In this document: piece by piece, positions 25,705 to 34,822 of the stretch
Position numbering within the stretch: the first letter of the stretch is position 1
Layout of the letters: every line of letters starts with the position of its first letter
Assembly: GCA_017992175.1 (NCBI GenBank)
Contig: JAGOPD010000004.1
Span: 29,477 to 93,476, forward strand
Direction: 5' to 3'
Length of the DNA stretch: 64,000 nucleotides
DNA from: Candidatus Saccharicenans sp.
GTDB lineage: Bacteria; Acidobacteriota; Aminicenantia; Aminicenantales; Saccharicenantaceae
Program-made: the position numbers and the translations under genes
Notes under the pieces: model-generated
The model's input: only the letters and a program-made list of their open reading frames with translations
Told to the model about the DNA's origin: nothing
The model's database searches: none

Positions 25705-26520
25705 TTAAAATTTTATTTTCAAATTTACTCCCAGAACAGGTCCGGTGAGTTCCCATTTAAAATCCTGCTGGGCACCGGTGCTATCGGTGAAGGTTAATTT
25801 CTGGCCAACAGCTGCCGGGTCTTCAGGTGCTTTTTTGATCTTAAAAGAGCTGATTGAACCAAAAGGACATCTAATGATAGCAGCCAGCGAAACCTTACTT
25901 GATAACCTGTATTCTGCTCCGACTTCAGCATGGGGCAGGACAGCATCGCCGGTAGCTACTGTTTTTCTTGAACCAGTATCAACGGTGTCCTCACCCTGGG
26001 TCCAAGTCCAGGACTCTTTTTCCGTATAACGGGCGAAATAATAACCCAGACCGCCTCCCATATAAGCCTTAATGACCGAAAAGGGCAGATTAATTCTGAC
26101 TGTAACCGTGATGGGCAGGACAGACAGGCCGATTTTCCCGGTCTCAGTTACGCCATAGGTTACTGACTCGACTGTCCCCCCCGAATCTAAAGAAGCAGTC
26201 AGAGTCCTGAAAGCATAATCAACTCCGAGAGCCAGGCCAACCTGTTCACTGGCCCGAACTTCAAATTCTCCGCCAAAATTCACCGCCCCGCTCATCTTGC
26301 TCATTTCACCTAAATAATTAGTCAGACCAAAATCTTTGAGATAAGCTTCCAGAGCCTTCAGGTCATTATTGATCACCGGTCTTAATTCATTATTGAACGT
26401 CTTGGAATGAGGGATAAAATAACTTCCTCTTAGGGCAAAGGAAAATTTCCGGTTATCTTCCTGAGCAGAAGCCAGCACTGACAGGGCCAGCAGGGCTATC
26501 ACCAGCTGTTTTATTTTCAT
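25705..26520 (-). CDS. outer-membrane beta-barrel protein
   Basis: Signal peptide, alternating amphipathic strands and terminal ...NLKIKF. Confidence 0.6.
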   Translation of the reverse strand: MKIKQLVIALLALSVLASAQEDNRKFSFALRGSYFIPHSKTFNNELRPVINNDLKALEAYLKDFGLTNYLGEMSKMSGAVNFGGEFEVRASEQVGLALGVDYAFRTLTASLDSGGTVESVTYGVTETGKIGLSVLPITVTVRINLPFSVIKAYMGGGLGYYFARYTEKESWTWTQGEDTVDTGSRKTVATGDAVLPHAEVGAEYRLSSKVSLAAIIRCPFGSISSFKIKKAPEDPAAVGQKLTFTDSTGAQQDFKWELTGPVLGVNLKIKF

Positions 26521-26557
26521 TCTTGCCTCCAGCCTTATATCCGTTTCAAACTAGTCC

Positions 26558-29500
26558 TCAGGGTAGCGGACCATAGATTACCCGGTTATTCGTCTTATTT
26601 TCTTCGGCCAGTTTATTGTCTGGATCAATAACCGCTACTAAATACTTTCCTGAAACATTCACACTGCCCTCCACATAGCGGGTGAACATCAGCTGCCGGC
26701 TGCTTTCAGCCAGCAAGGGCAGACTGATGCCTCTGGTATTCAAAGGTAGATCAAGACTCGTCCCGTCGGAACTCAAATAATAGGCAATTGAATAACCGGA
26801 GGCAGCGGCAGCCTGTCCAATATTATTTAAGTCGAAAAAGCCGGTAAGAATGGTTGTCCGGCCCAAAAATTTAGTTATTTTAAGATCATGCCAGGTCCCG
26901 GTCAGATCAGGCAGCGGCGGCGGGCCAAAGACCGCCATGACGGTCATATTTCCATTGATAATGACCGGAACAGTCGCCGTGGTAGCTGAGATATCTCCAC
27001 TCCAGCCCTCAAAACCCGAATTCTCATCGGGCTTAGCTGTCAACTTGATCAGGGTACCAGAGGTGTAAGTCTGACTGCAAACCGTTCCGCAATCAATCGC
27101 CTCATCATCACTGGTAACCGTGCCATTGCCTGAACCAGATTTCAAAATAGTCAGGGTATAACTGACTCCCTCGGGTGCAAACTTAGCCGTAATAGTTTTA
27201 TCTGAGTCCATCGTCACCGTCACCGAGGTAGCGGTACTGTAAATATCGCCGCCCCAGCCGCCGAAAAGATAACCGGTAGCTGGTGTAGCCACCAGGGTAA
27301 CTTTCTCCCCCGCATCGTAGACCTGAGAGTTATCCAGGCTGGAATCTATACCGCCATCAGTACTGACTACCTGTCCCTGCCCGCTAACGCTAACGGTCAT
27401 CAAATATTGATTGGCTGCCCCAAACTTGGCCACAAAAACATCTGTCCCGCTCAAGCTGTCATCATAGGTTTCATCGGTTACCGGAAAGGCCGAAGAAGAA
27501 GTATAGCCAGTCACATAAACATTCCCGCTGCTATCAACAGCCAGGGCATAACCCAGATCATCACCTGCTCCGCCTAAATAAGTTGAAGCTAATAGCACCT
27601 GAAGATTGGCCGAGATTTTACTGAGGATGGCATCCAGACTGCCGCCAGTTGTGGTGTCGTAGGATCCACTAACTACCGGGAAATCATCTGATCTGGTCCA
27701 GCCGGTCAGATAGACATTATCATAAGGATCCACCGCTATTGAGCGGCAATAATCTTCATCCGCACCGCCCAGGTAGGTGGAAGACAACAGATAATCTAAG
27801 GAGCCAGATAGCTTCGAAATAAGAAGGTCGTAGCTGCCTTTTAAAGAGGTTGAATAAGCACCAGTTAAGACCGGATAATCGGTCGAGGCTGTATATCCAG
27901 CTACAAAAACATTTCCCTGATGATCAGGTGCCAGGGCATAGATAAAATCGTCTCCGCTGCCGCCTATATAAGTCGAAGCATAAAGCTCGGTCAAATCAGC
28001 GCTGATCCGGAAAACAAACCCGTCATAACCACCATTAGCAACCTGGCTGTAAGCCCCGCCGGTCACCGGGAAATCGCCGGACCTGGTCCGGCCAGCGACA
28101 TAGATGGTATATTCATAGCCATTGCCGGCTGGCAGCTGGGTGAGTCCGTGATTCTTTTTAAGAGAAGAGTTATAAATGACGCTCCTGGTGTTAGCTTGTT
28201 TTTTGATTGACGACTTGTCATCTGACTCTCGGTCAGACACCTTTTTCCTTACTTCTGAACCGGTGGTGAGCTGGCTGGTAGCCGTGGTTTGAATTGAGCC
28301 GGGGATAAGGTAAGGGCCGCCCAGAGCCAGAGCCGAACCGATTTCATAGTCGCTTCCACCGACAAAAGTTGAAGCTAACAGGGCCTCTAAGGAGTTAGAC
28401 AGCTTGGCTACATAAGCATCATATCCACCTTGATAAGTCTGGTTATAAGTTCCAGCTGTCACTGGAAAATCAGCCGAGCTGGTAGTCCCGGTTAGATAAA
28501 TGTTGAGAGAACTGTCCAGCAGTAAAGAAGCCCCGTAATCTGTTCCACTCCCGCCAAGATAAGTAGAAGCTAATAAACTGCTTAAATCAGGTGCGAGCTT
28601 GGCCACAAAGGCATCATAATCTCCGCCCTGATAAAAGCCTTGATAAGCACCAGGGATGATGGGAAAGTCGCTCGAGCTGGTCACTCCAGCTAAATAGACA
28701 TTGCTATTGCTATCCAGAACCAGAGAATAAAGATAATCAGTTCCCAGGCCTCCAAGGTAAGTGGAAGCCTCAAGAGTTTTCAAATCAGAAGAAAATTTAG
28801 AGACAAAAAGATCATATTCGCCATGAGAGGTACGATCATAAGCGCCGTCAGTCACCGGGAAATCTCCCGATGAAGACAGCGTATAGCCAGCCACATAGAC
28901 ACGGCCAGTGCTATCAACAGCCAGGCAGAAGCCCCGGTCATTGCCGGTCCCGCCAAGATAAGTTGCCGCTGACAGGATGCTCAAAGCCGGATCTATGACC
29001 AAGGCCATGTCCGGATTATATGAACCGTTTATTTTAAATCCATATTCATTCTGGCCCTTTAGTTCGTAGGCCACTTCAACTCTGGTTTGCTGTCCATTTT
29101 CTTCCTGAAAACCGGCCGGCTTCATCATGGCCAGCTCCCCCTGACCGGTAGAGAGAATCAATTCCCCGGCCTGGTTAACCTGGAGGGAATCAACTCCGTC
29201 CACCCTGACTCTTATCTCCTCGGCTCTGGCCCCGGGTTGCAGATAGAAAAGTTTTTCGACATTCTGGCCTGAAGCTTTTAGCCTGACCTCAATTCCTGGG
29301 TAAATGGACCCCAGTGACAGGCTGTTATAACCGGCCAAACCCCTTTTCCAATTCCGAGGATTATTGCCCTCAAAATAGGATAGGCGGCTGGGAGCTTCTT
29401 CCTGGCCGCAAGGAGAAAAAGTAGCCGGCCAGCCATCAGCGGTTAAAAAACTTTCCCGGAAAAAAACGGGACGCTGGTTACCTCTGGTTCTACTTTCCGT

Positions 29501-29872
29501 CATTTCTGGCTCTGAAGAAACCGGGTTAACTGACCTCTCAGCTTCAATGGCCAGCTCCTTATCATTTTCCTGGTTAACTAAAGTCAACGAATAAACCAGC
29601 TCCTGGTCTGTCACCAAAAATTTGCCGGAAAAAAGTCCGGCTTGATATTTTATCTGGCTTCTCCATTGTCCTTCATTGGCCACGAAGGGCAGAGACAGTC
29701 CAGCCAGCTCTATTTTGGGCCTGGCAGCCTGTATTTTCTTCAAGCCATAATGATCAGGATTCAGTCTGCCAGGGACATTCTTCTCTTTTAAGTCCTTCAC
29801 GACCGTTAAGGCTAAGACCGCGGTCAGGGCCAGAACCACACTACTGATTATCTTCAAAGTTTTTATTTTCAT
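26558..29872 (-). CDS. large secreted SBBP (beta-propeller) repeat protein with bacterial-repeat modules and a C-terminal CARDB-like domain
   Basis: About 10 repeats of YLGG.G.D.......D..GNVY..G.T.S.DFPV. Two ~80 aa repeats of the type G.V.S.....C......Y..G..V.L.A.P...F.GW.GD. C-terminal PDLTG...NNR (CARDB-like). Start set at Met22 (ATG 29872, SD GGAG, signal peptide). Confidence 0.8.
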   Translation of the reverse strand: MKIKTLKIISSVVLALTAVLALTVVKDLKEKNVPGRLNPDHYGLKKIQAARPKIELAGLSLPFVANEGQWRSQIKYQAGLFSGKFLVTDQELVYSLTLVNQENDKELAIEAERSVNPVSSEPEMTESRTRGNQRPVFFRESFLTADGWPATFSPCGQEEAPSRLSYFEGNNPRNWKRGLAGYNSLSLGSIYPGIEVRLKASGQNVEKLFYLQPGARAEEIRVRVDGVDSLQVNQAGELILSTGQGELAMMKPAGFQEENGQQTRVEVAYELKGQNEYGFKINGSYNPDMALVIDPALSILSAATYLGGTGNDRGFCLAVDSTGRVYVAGYTLSSSGDFPVTDGAYDRTSHGEYDLFVSKFSSDLKTLEASTYLGGLGTDYLYSLVLDSNSNVYLAGVTSSSDFPIIPGAYQGFYQGGDYDAFVAKLAPDLSSLLASTYLGGSGTDYGASLLLDSSLNIYLTGTTSSADFPVTAGTYNQTYQGGYDAYVAKLSNSLEALLASTFVGGSDYEIGSALALGGPYLIPGSIQTTATSQLTTGSEVRKKVSDRESDDKSSIKKQANTRSVIYNSSLKKNHGLTQLPAGNGYEYTIYVAGRTRSGDFPVTGGAYSQVANGGYDGFVFRISADLTELYASTYIGGSGDDFIYALAPDHQGNVFVAGYTASTDYPVLTGAYSTSLKGSYDLLISKLSGSLDYLLSSTYLGGADEDYCRSIAVDPYDNVYLTGWTRSDDFPVVSGSYDTTTGGSLDAILSKISANLQVLLASTYLGGAGDDLGYALAVDSSGNVYVTGYTSSSAFPVTDETYDDSLSGTDVFVAKFGAANQYLMTVSVSGQGQVVSTDGGIDSSLDNSQVYDAGEKVTLVATPATGYLFGGWGGDIYSTATSVTVTMDSDKTITAKFAPEGVSYTLTILKSGSGNGTVTSDDEAIDCGTVCSQTYTSGTLIKLTAKPDENSGFEGWSGDISATTATVPVIINGNMTVMAVFGPPPLPDLTGTWHDLKITKFLGRTTILTGFFDLNNIGQAAAASGYSIAYYLSSDGTSLDLPLNTRGISLPLLAESSRQLMFTRYVEGSVNVSGKYLVAVIDPDNKLAEENKTNNRVIYGPLP

Positions 29873-30233
29873 CGATCTCCTCACTTGCTTTTTTATTTTT
29901 TCCACCGCCTGTACCCTGGAGAAAAAGAGCCTCATGGCTAGCGTTTATTATTAAAACTATAAATAAAACAAAACCGATGCAGCCACGATCAACTTCCGGC
30001 TTGACCTGGGTCGTCTTCAGATTCCCCAAGCCTGGCTTATAAGTTTTCGACAGTCGTCACTGCGGCTCTTATTATAACTTTTAGCAGTCAAAAAGTCTTT
30101 AGAAAATCAAAAAATAAACGGCGGCTGGCTGGAGAAAATTCAATTTTTTCAGACCGGTTGATAAATATTTTGATTTTTCCCGTCGTTATATTATATAAAC
30201 TGTAAGCAGGAGATAAAAGCTAAGGCGGGTAAA

Positions 30234-31484
30234 ATGGTTCAACATCGCAAGACCCTTTTAATGACTTTTGCGGTCATAATTGTCATTGTTCTGGCCGCCG
30301 GTGGCTACTGGCTGAGCCAAAAGAAACCGGCCGAAAAATCTTCAGAGGCTGGAGGCCAGCCAGCTTCGGCTGCGGCCAATGAAAGCCAGGCAGTTGCACC
30401 GATCCCGGTAAAGGTTGCCATGGCTGAAATCAAGGATCTGGAAAAAAGGATTAAGTCACCAGGTGAAGTCTATACCGAAAAAAATGTGATCCTCAAAGCC
30501 GAAGTCAGCGGAATTTTGAAAAAACTCCACGTTCAGGAAGGAAAGCATGTTCGTCAGGGCGAGTTATTAGCCGAGCTGGATGACACCTCCTACCGGCTCA
30601 GGCTTGAAGAGAACGAAGCAGCCAGACTGAAAGCTCTATCCGAACTTTTGCTTGACCGGCTATTTCAGGAACCAGGCTTGACCGCACCTAAGACCGAAGA
30701 TAATACCGACCTTAAAAAAGCTGAAGAAGCCTTCAAAAAAGCCGACCAGGCTTACCGGGACGGTCTGATTTCTCAGGCCCAGTTTGAAAGGGCCCGCCTG
30801 GATTATGAACTGGCTCAAATTGGCAGCGGACTCAAGCGGGATGAAATTATTGCTTCCTCCAAAGGCCTGACTCAGGCCGAGGTCAATGCCAAAATCGCCC
30901 GCCTTGAACTGGAAAAGACCAGAATAACGGCGCCCTTTGCTGGAATAATTACCGGAATCAAGGTCGCCCCGGGAGAGACAATTGATACCGGCCGCGAACT
31001 ATTTACCCTGGTCGATGTCAGCCAGTTAAAAATTGCCGCCAAGGTACTGGAAACGGAAGTCAGCAAGATTAAAGTCGGCCGGGAAGCCGACATCCGCTTT
31101 AGTGCTTTTCCCGGTCGGGTTTTCAAAGGAGAGGTAGTAGCCGTCAGCCCCATTATAAATAAAGAAGATAAAACCTGCAGTGTTTTTATCGGATTGAACA
31201 ATCCAGCCGAAGAAATTAAGCCCGGCATGCATGCCGAAATAGAGATTGTCACCGAAATCTTCCCCAGGCGCCTGCTGGTACCTCAAGCAGCAGTCCTGGT
31301 CCGCGGTGGCCGGCCGCTGGTTTTTGTCATTGAAAATGGCCTGGCTAAATGGCGATATATTCAAACTGGTCAGGAAAATGAAGAATATGTAGAAGTCCTC
31401 GATGGGGTCAAAGAAGGTGAACCGGTCATTGTGGAAGGCCATCTGACTCTGGCCCATGATTCAGCGGTGAGAATTGTTGAATAA
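30234..31484 (+). CDS. RND efflux periplasmic adaptor (membrane fusion protein, HlyD family)
   Basis: N-terminal anchor, coiled-coil hairpin, lipoyl/beta-barrel motifs (ITAPFAGIITGI, KPGMHAEIEI). Confidence 0.85.
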   Translation: MVQHRKTLLMTFAVIIVIVLAAGGYWLSQKKPAEKSSEAGGQPASAAANESQAVAPIPVKVAMAEIKDLEKRIKSPGEVYTEKNVILKAEVSGILKKLHVQEGKHVRQGELLAELDDTSYRLRLEENEAARLKALSELLLDRLFQEPGLTAPKTEDNTDLKKAEEAFKKADQAYRDGLISQAQFERARLDYELAQIGSGLKRDEIIASSKGLTQAEVNAKIARLELEKTRITAPFAGIITGIKVAPGETIDTGRELFTLVDVSQLKIAAKVLETEVSKIKVGREADIRFSAFPGRVFKGEVVAVSPIINKEDKTCSVFIGLNNPAEEIKPGMHAEIEIVTEIFPRRLLVPQAAVLVRGGRPLVFVIENGLAKWRYIQTGQENEEYVEVLDGVKEGEPVIVEGHLTLAHDSAVRIVE

Positions 31485-31504
31485 GGGGGCCAGGAGAAGA
31501 GCAG

Positions 31505-34500
31505 ATGAGTCTGGCTAAGTTTTCGATTGACCGGCCAGTTTTTGTCTTCATGTTTTACCTGGCTATTGTCCTGCTGGGTATTGTTTCTTTCAGTCAATTA
31601 AGTGTTGATCTTTTGCCAGCCATCAGTTACCCGCGGCTATCAGTGGTGACTCAATATCCGGGCGTTGCCCCGGAGGAAGTTGAAGCTCTGGTTACCATGC
31701 CTCTCGAAACTTCAGTTAGCCGGATTCCAGGCTTGCGGCGGGTCGAGTCTATCTCCAAAGAAGGCTATTCTTTTATCTCTATTGAATTTTCCTGGGGAAC
31801 TAATATGGATTTCGCCCTCCTTCATACCCGGGAAAGACTGGATTCAGCCAAAGATTCGCTACCTGAAGGCTGTGATAAACCGGTGATTATTGCTCTTGAT
31901 CCTCAAAGCCAGCCTATTATGACCCTGGCTCTGACCGGGGAGCAGAAATTGCTGGATTTAAAAGAGCTGGCCGAAGAATTAATCAAACCCAGGCTGGAAC
32001 AGGTTGAAGGCCTGGCCGAAGTTGAAATTACCGGCGGAGTGGAAAGAGAAATTCAGGTCGAAATCGATCCCGAGAAACTAGCCAACTACGGCTTAAAAAT
32101 TGAAGAGGTCGGCAACAAGATCTCGGCCTTTAACTTCAGCCTTCATGGTGGAAATATCAGAAAGGGTAAATTTGTTTATTCGTTGCGGGTAGCTGGAGAA
32201 TTTCAACAGGTTAAAGAAATAGAAAATATTCCGGTTAAATTTACCTCCGATGGTGGAGTCATCCTTTTAAAGCACATTGGCGAAGTAATAGATACCATCA
32301 AAGAGCGCGAAGGATTGACCCGGCTGAATGGACAGGAGAGTATCGGCCTGCTCGTCAGAAAGGAATACGGAGCCAATACCGTTGAGGTAAGCAGTAAGGC
32401 CAGAGAAGTCATTGATCAGATCAGGCAGGAGAACCCGGACATCAATTTAGCTGTAATTTCAGAACAGGCTGGCTATATCCGGGAAGCAATTAATACCACG
32501 ATTGAAGAGATTATCGAAGGAGCCATTCTGGCTTTCCTGACTTTACTCCTCTTTCTGCAGCAGTGGAAATCGCCTCTGATCATTGACACGGTTATTCCGA
32601 TCTCGATTATCGGCACTTTTAATCTTCTTTTTCTCGAGAATATCAACCTGAATCTGATGTCTCTTGGCGGGCTGGCCCTGGGGGTGGGCATGCTCGACGA
32701 CACGGCCGTGGTCGTCTCGGAAAATATCTACCGCCATCATCAGCTGGGAGATTCCCTGAAAGTATCGGCTGAGCGCGGGACAAATGAAGTCATTAATGCT
32801 ATCACCGCTTCGGCTCTGACCACCATTGTGGTTTTTCTGCCGGTCATATATGTTCAGGGGGTAGCCGGCCAGCTTTTCAAAGATACAGCCTTGACCGTTA
32901 CTTATACCCTGCTCTCGGCTCTTCTCGTCTCGGTTACCCTTCTGCCCATGCTGACTTCAAGAACCTATGGGCGCCCGGGAACCGGCCGGGGGCTGCCCAG
33001 CTTCCGGTTTATCTCTTTTAAGAAATTCAGGCTTGGACTGGGCCAGGGAAACCCCTTTTTCTGGCTCTGGGCTGGTTTTAAATCCGTTATCTATAACTTA
33101 ACCAACCTGCTGATTTTCATTTTCAAGCTCATTTTCAGCCTGCTATCTAAAGCCCTCATTGGCCTGGGCAAGTTGATTGCTCTTCCTTTTAAACCCCTGC
33201 TGGCTATTGTTTTCCGCTGGTTTAACCGTCTTTACAGCCGGTTTACCAAGGGGCATTTACAGACTCTTCTCTGGAGCCTTAATCATAAAAGTCAGACCTT
33301 TTATCTGACCGTTCTGGTTTTTCTTCTGATCTTCGGCCTGGGCTGGTTCCTGCCGCGGGAACTAATGCCTCCGCTTAAGACTTCGACCTATCATCTAAGC
33401 CTTCAGACACCGGTTGAGTATTCATTCAGTCAAACCGAAGAGATCGTGGCTGGCCTGGAAAACTGGCTAAGAGACAGGCCAGGCATTAACCGGGTCTTTT
33501 CTCAGGTCGGCCTGGTTTCAGCCGGGGAATCTTCGCGGCCTGATTTATCAGTTAACTCAGCCGAAATTTCAGTTGAATTAAAAGACGGCCGTCAACTGAA
33601 TAAAATGATGGCTGAAGCCAGAGACTATCTGGCCAGACTGCCTGAAATCAAATACTCGGTTAGCCGGGAGCAGACGACCCTCGGGGAATTTTTGGATTTG
33701 GGCTCAAATGAAATTAACCTGAAAGTTAAGGGACAGAATCTGGACCAGCTCAGAAATATAGCTCTTGCTTTTGCCGGGCAGCTCAGGCAGCTGCCAGGGG
33801 TGGTTGACGTTAATCCCAACCTTCAGCAGGGCAAGCCTCAGCTCTTAATCAGGATCAATAAAGATAACCTGGAAAAATACCCTGACCTGTCACCAGGGGA
33901 AGTAGCCAGCTACTTAGTTGAAGCTATTAGAGGCCAGGTGGCCACCCGGTACCGCGAACTTGAAAAAAAATATGATGTCAGAGTAGTTCTGGAAAGTAAT
34001 TCCCGCCAGAATATCGAGCAAATATTGAATTCCTTTTTCCCTTACAAGAATTCGCTGATTCCCATCAGAGAACTGGTCAGTTATGAGCCGGTAGCCGGTC
34101 CAAACGAGATCAGGCGGGAAAATCAGGAAAGGGAAATCATTATTACGGCTAATCTACACGGTATAAGACTCAGTCAGGCTATCCCGGCTATTCAACGAAC
34201 TATAGCTGGCCTGAATTTGCCGGCTGATTACCGCATCATTTTTGGCGGGGAAAGAGAAGAGATGCAGACCAGCTTCCGGTCGCTCCTGCTGGCCTTCATC
34301 ATGTCCATGATCCTCATTTATATGATCATGGCCGCTCAATTTGAGTCTCTCCTCCACCCGCTCTTGATTATGGCTACTGTCCCGATGGGAATAATCGGCA
34401 CAATTCTCCTGCTGTTTCTGACCGGGCAGAGTATCAATGCTATCTCCATCATCGGGGTCATTGTCCTGATCGGTATTGTCATTGATAATGCCATCGTTGA

Positions 34501-34789
34501 GATTGATTATATTAACCAGCTGCGCCGCCAGGGCAAGGATTTACGGTCAGCGGTGGTCGAAGGGAGCCAGGTCCGGTTGAGGCCAATTATGATGTCGTCA
34601 CTGAGCACCATCATGGGTCTTATTCCTATGGCTCTGGGCTTGGGCCGGGGAGCAGAACTGCTTCAGCCGCTGGCCATCGCCGTGGTCGGCGGTTTAACCT
34701 CATCCCTCTTTCTGACCCTGGTCCTAATCCCGGCTCTCTATGAATATGTGGAAGACATCATTTTACGGAGAAAAAGCGCTCGGGCCTGA
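31505..34789 (+). CDS. RND efflux permease (AcrB/HAE1-like), paralogue 1
   Basis: 1094 aa. MSLAKFSIDRPVF start, 12-TM/two-loop architecture, GLALGVGMLDDTAVVVSENI and VLIGIVIDNAIV motifs. Confidence 0.9.
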   Translation: MSLAKFSIDRPVFVFMFYLAIVLLGIVSFSQLSVDLLPAISYPRLSVVTQYPGVAPEEVEALVTMPLETSVSRIPGLRRVESISKEGYSFISIEFSWGTNMDFALLHTRERLDSAKDSLPEGCDKPVIIALDPQSQPIMTLALTGEQKLLDLKELAEELIKPRLEQVEGLAEVEITGGVEREIQVEIDPEKLANYGLKIEEVGNKISAFNFSLHGGNIRKGKFVYSLRVAGEFQQVKEIENIPVKFTSDGGVILLKHIGEVIDTIKEREGLTRLNGQESIGLLVRKEYGANTVEVSSKAREVIDQIRQENPDINLAVISEQAGYIREAINTTIEEIIEGAILAFLTLLLFLQQWKSPLIIDTVIPISIIGTFNLLFLENINLNLMSLGGLALGVGMLDDTAVVVSENIYRHHQLGDSLKVSAERGTNEVINAITASALTTIVVFLPVIYVQGVAGQLFKDTALTVTYTLLSALLVSVTLLPMLTSRTYGRPGTGRGLPSFRFISFKKFRLGLGQGNPFFWLWAGFKSVIYNLTNLLIFIFKLIFSLLSKALIGLGKLIALPFKPLLAIVFRWFNRLYSRFTKGHLQTLLWSLNHKSQTFYLTVLVFLLIFGLGWFLPRELMPPLKTSTYHLSLQTPVEYSFSQTEEIVAGLENWLRDRPGINRVFSQVGLVSAGESSRPDLSVNSAEISVELKDGRQLNKMMAEARDYLARLPEIKYSVSREQTTLGEFLDLGSNEINLKVKGQNLDQLRNIALAFAGQLRQLPGVVDVNPNLQQGKPQLLIRINKDNLEKYPDLSPGEVASYLVEAIRGQVATRYRELEKKYDVRVVLESNSRQNIEQILNSFFPYKNSLIPIRELVSYEPVAGPNEIRRENQEREIIITANLHGIRLSQAIPAIQRTIAGLNLPADYRIIFGGEREEMQTSFRSLLLAFIMSMILIYMIMAAQFESLLHPLLIMATVPMGIIGTILLLFLTGQSINAISIIGVIVLIGIVIDNAIVEIDYINQLRRQGKDLRSAVVEGSQVRLRPIMMSSLSTIMGLIPMALGLGRGAELLQPLAIAVVGGLTSSLFLTLVLIPALYEYVEDIILRRKSARA

Positions 34790-34822
34790 ATCAGGCCTGA
34801 TTTGATTAGATAATTAGAGACC

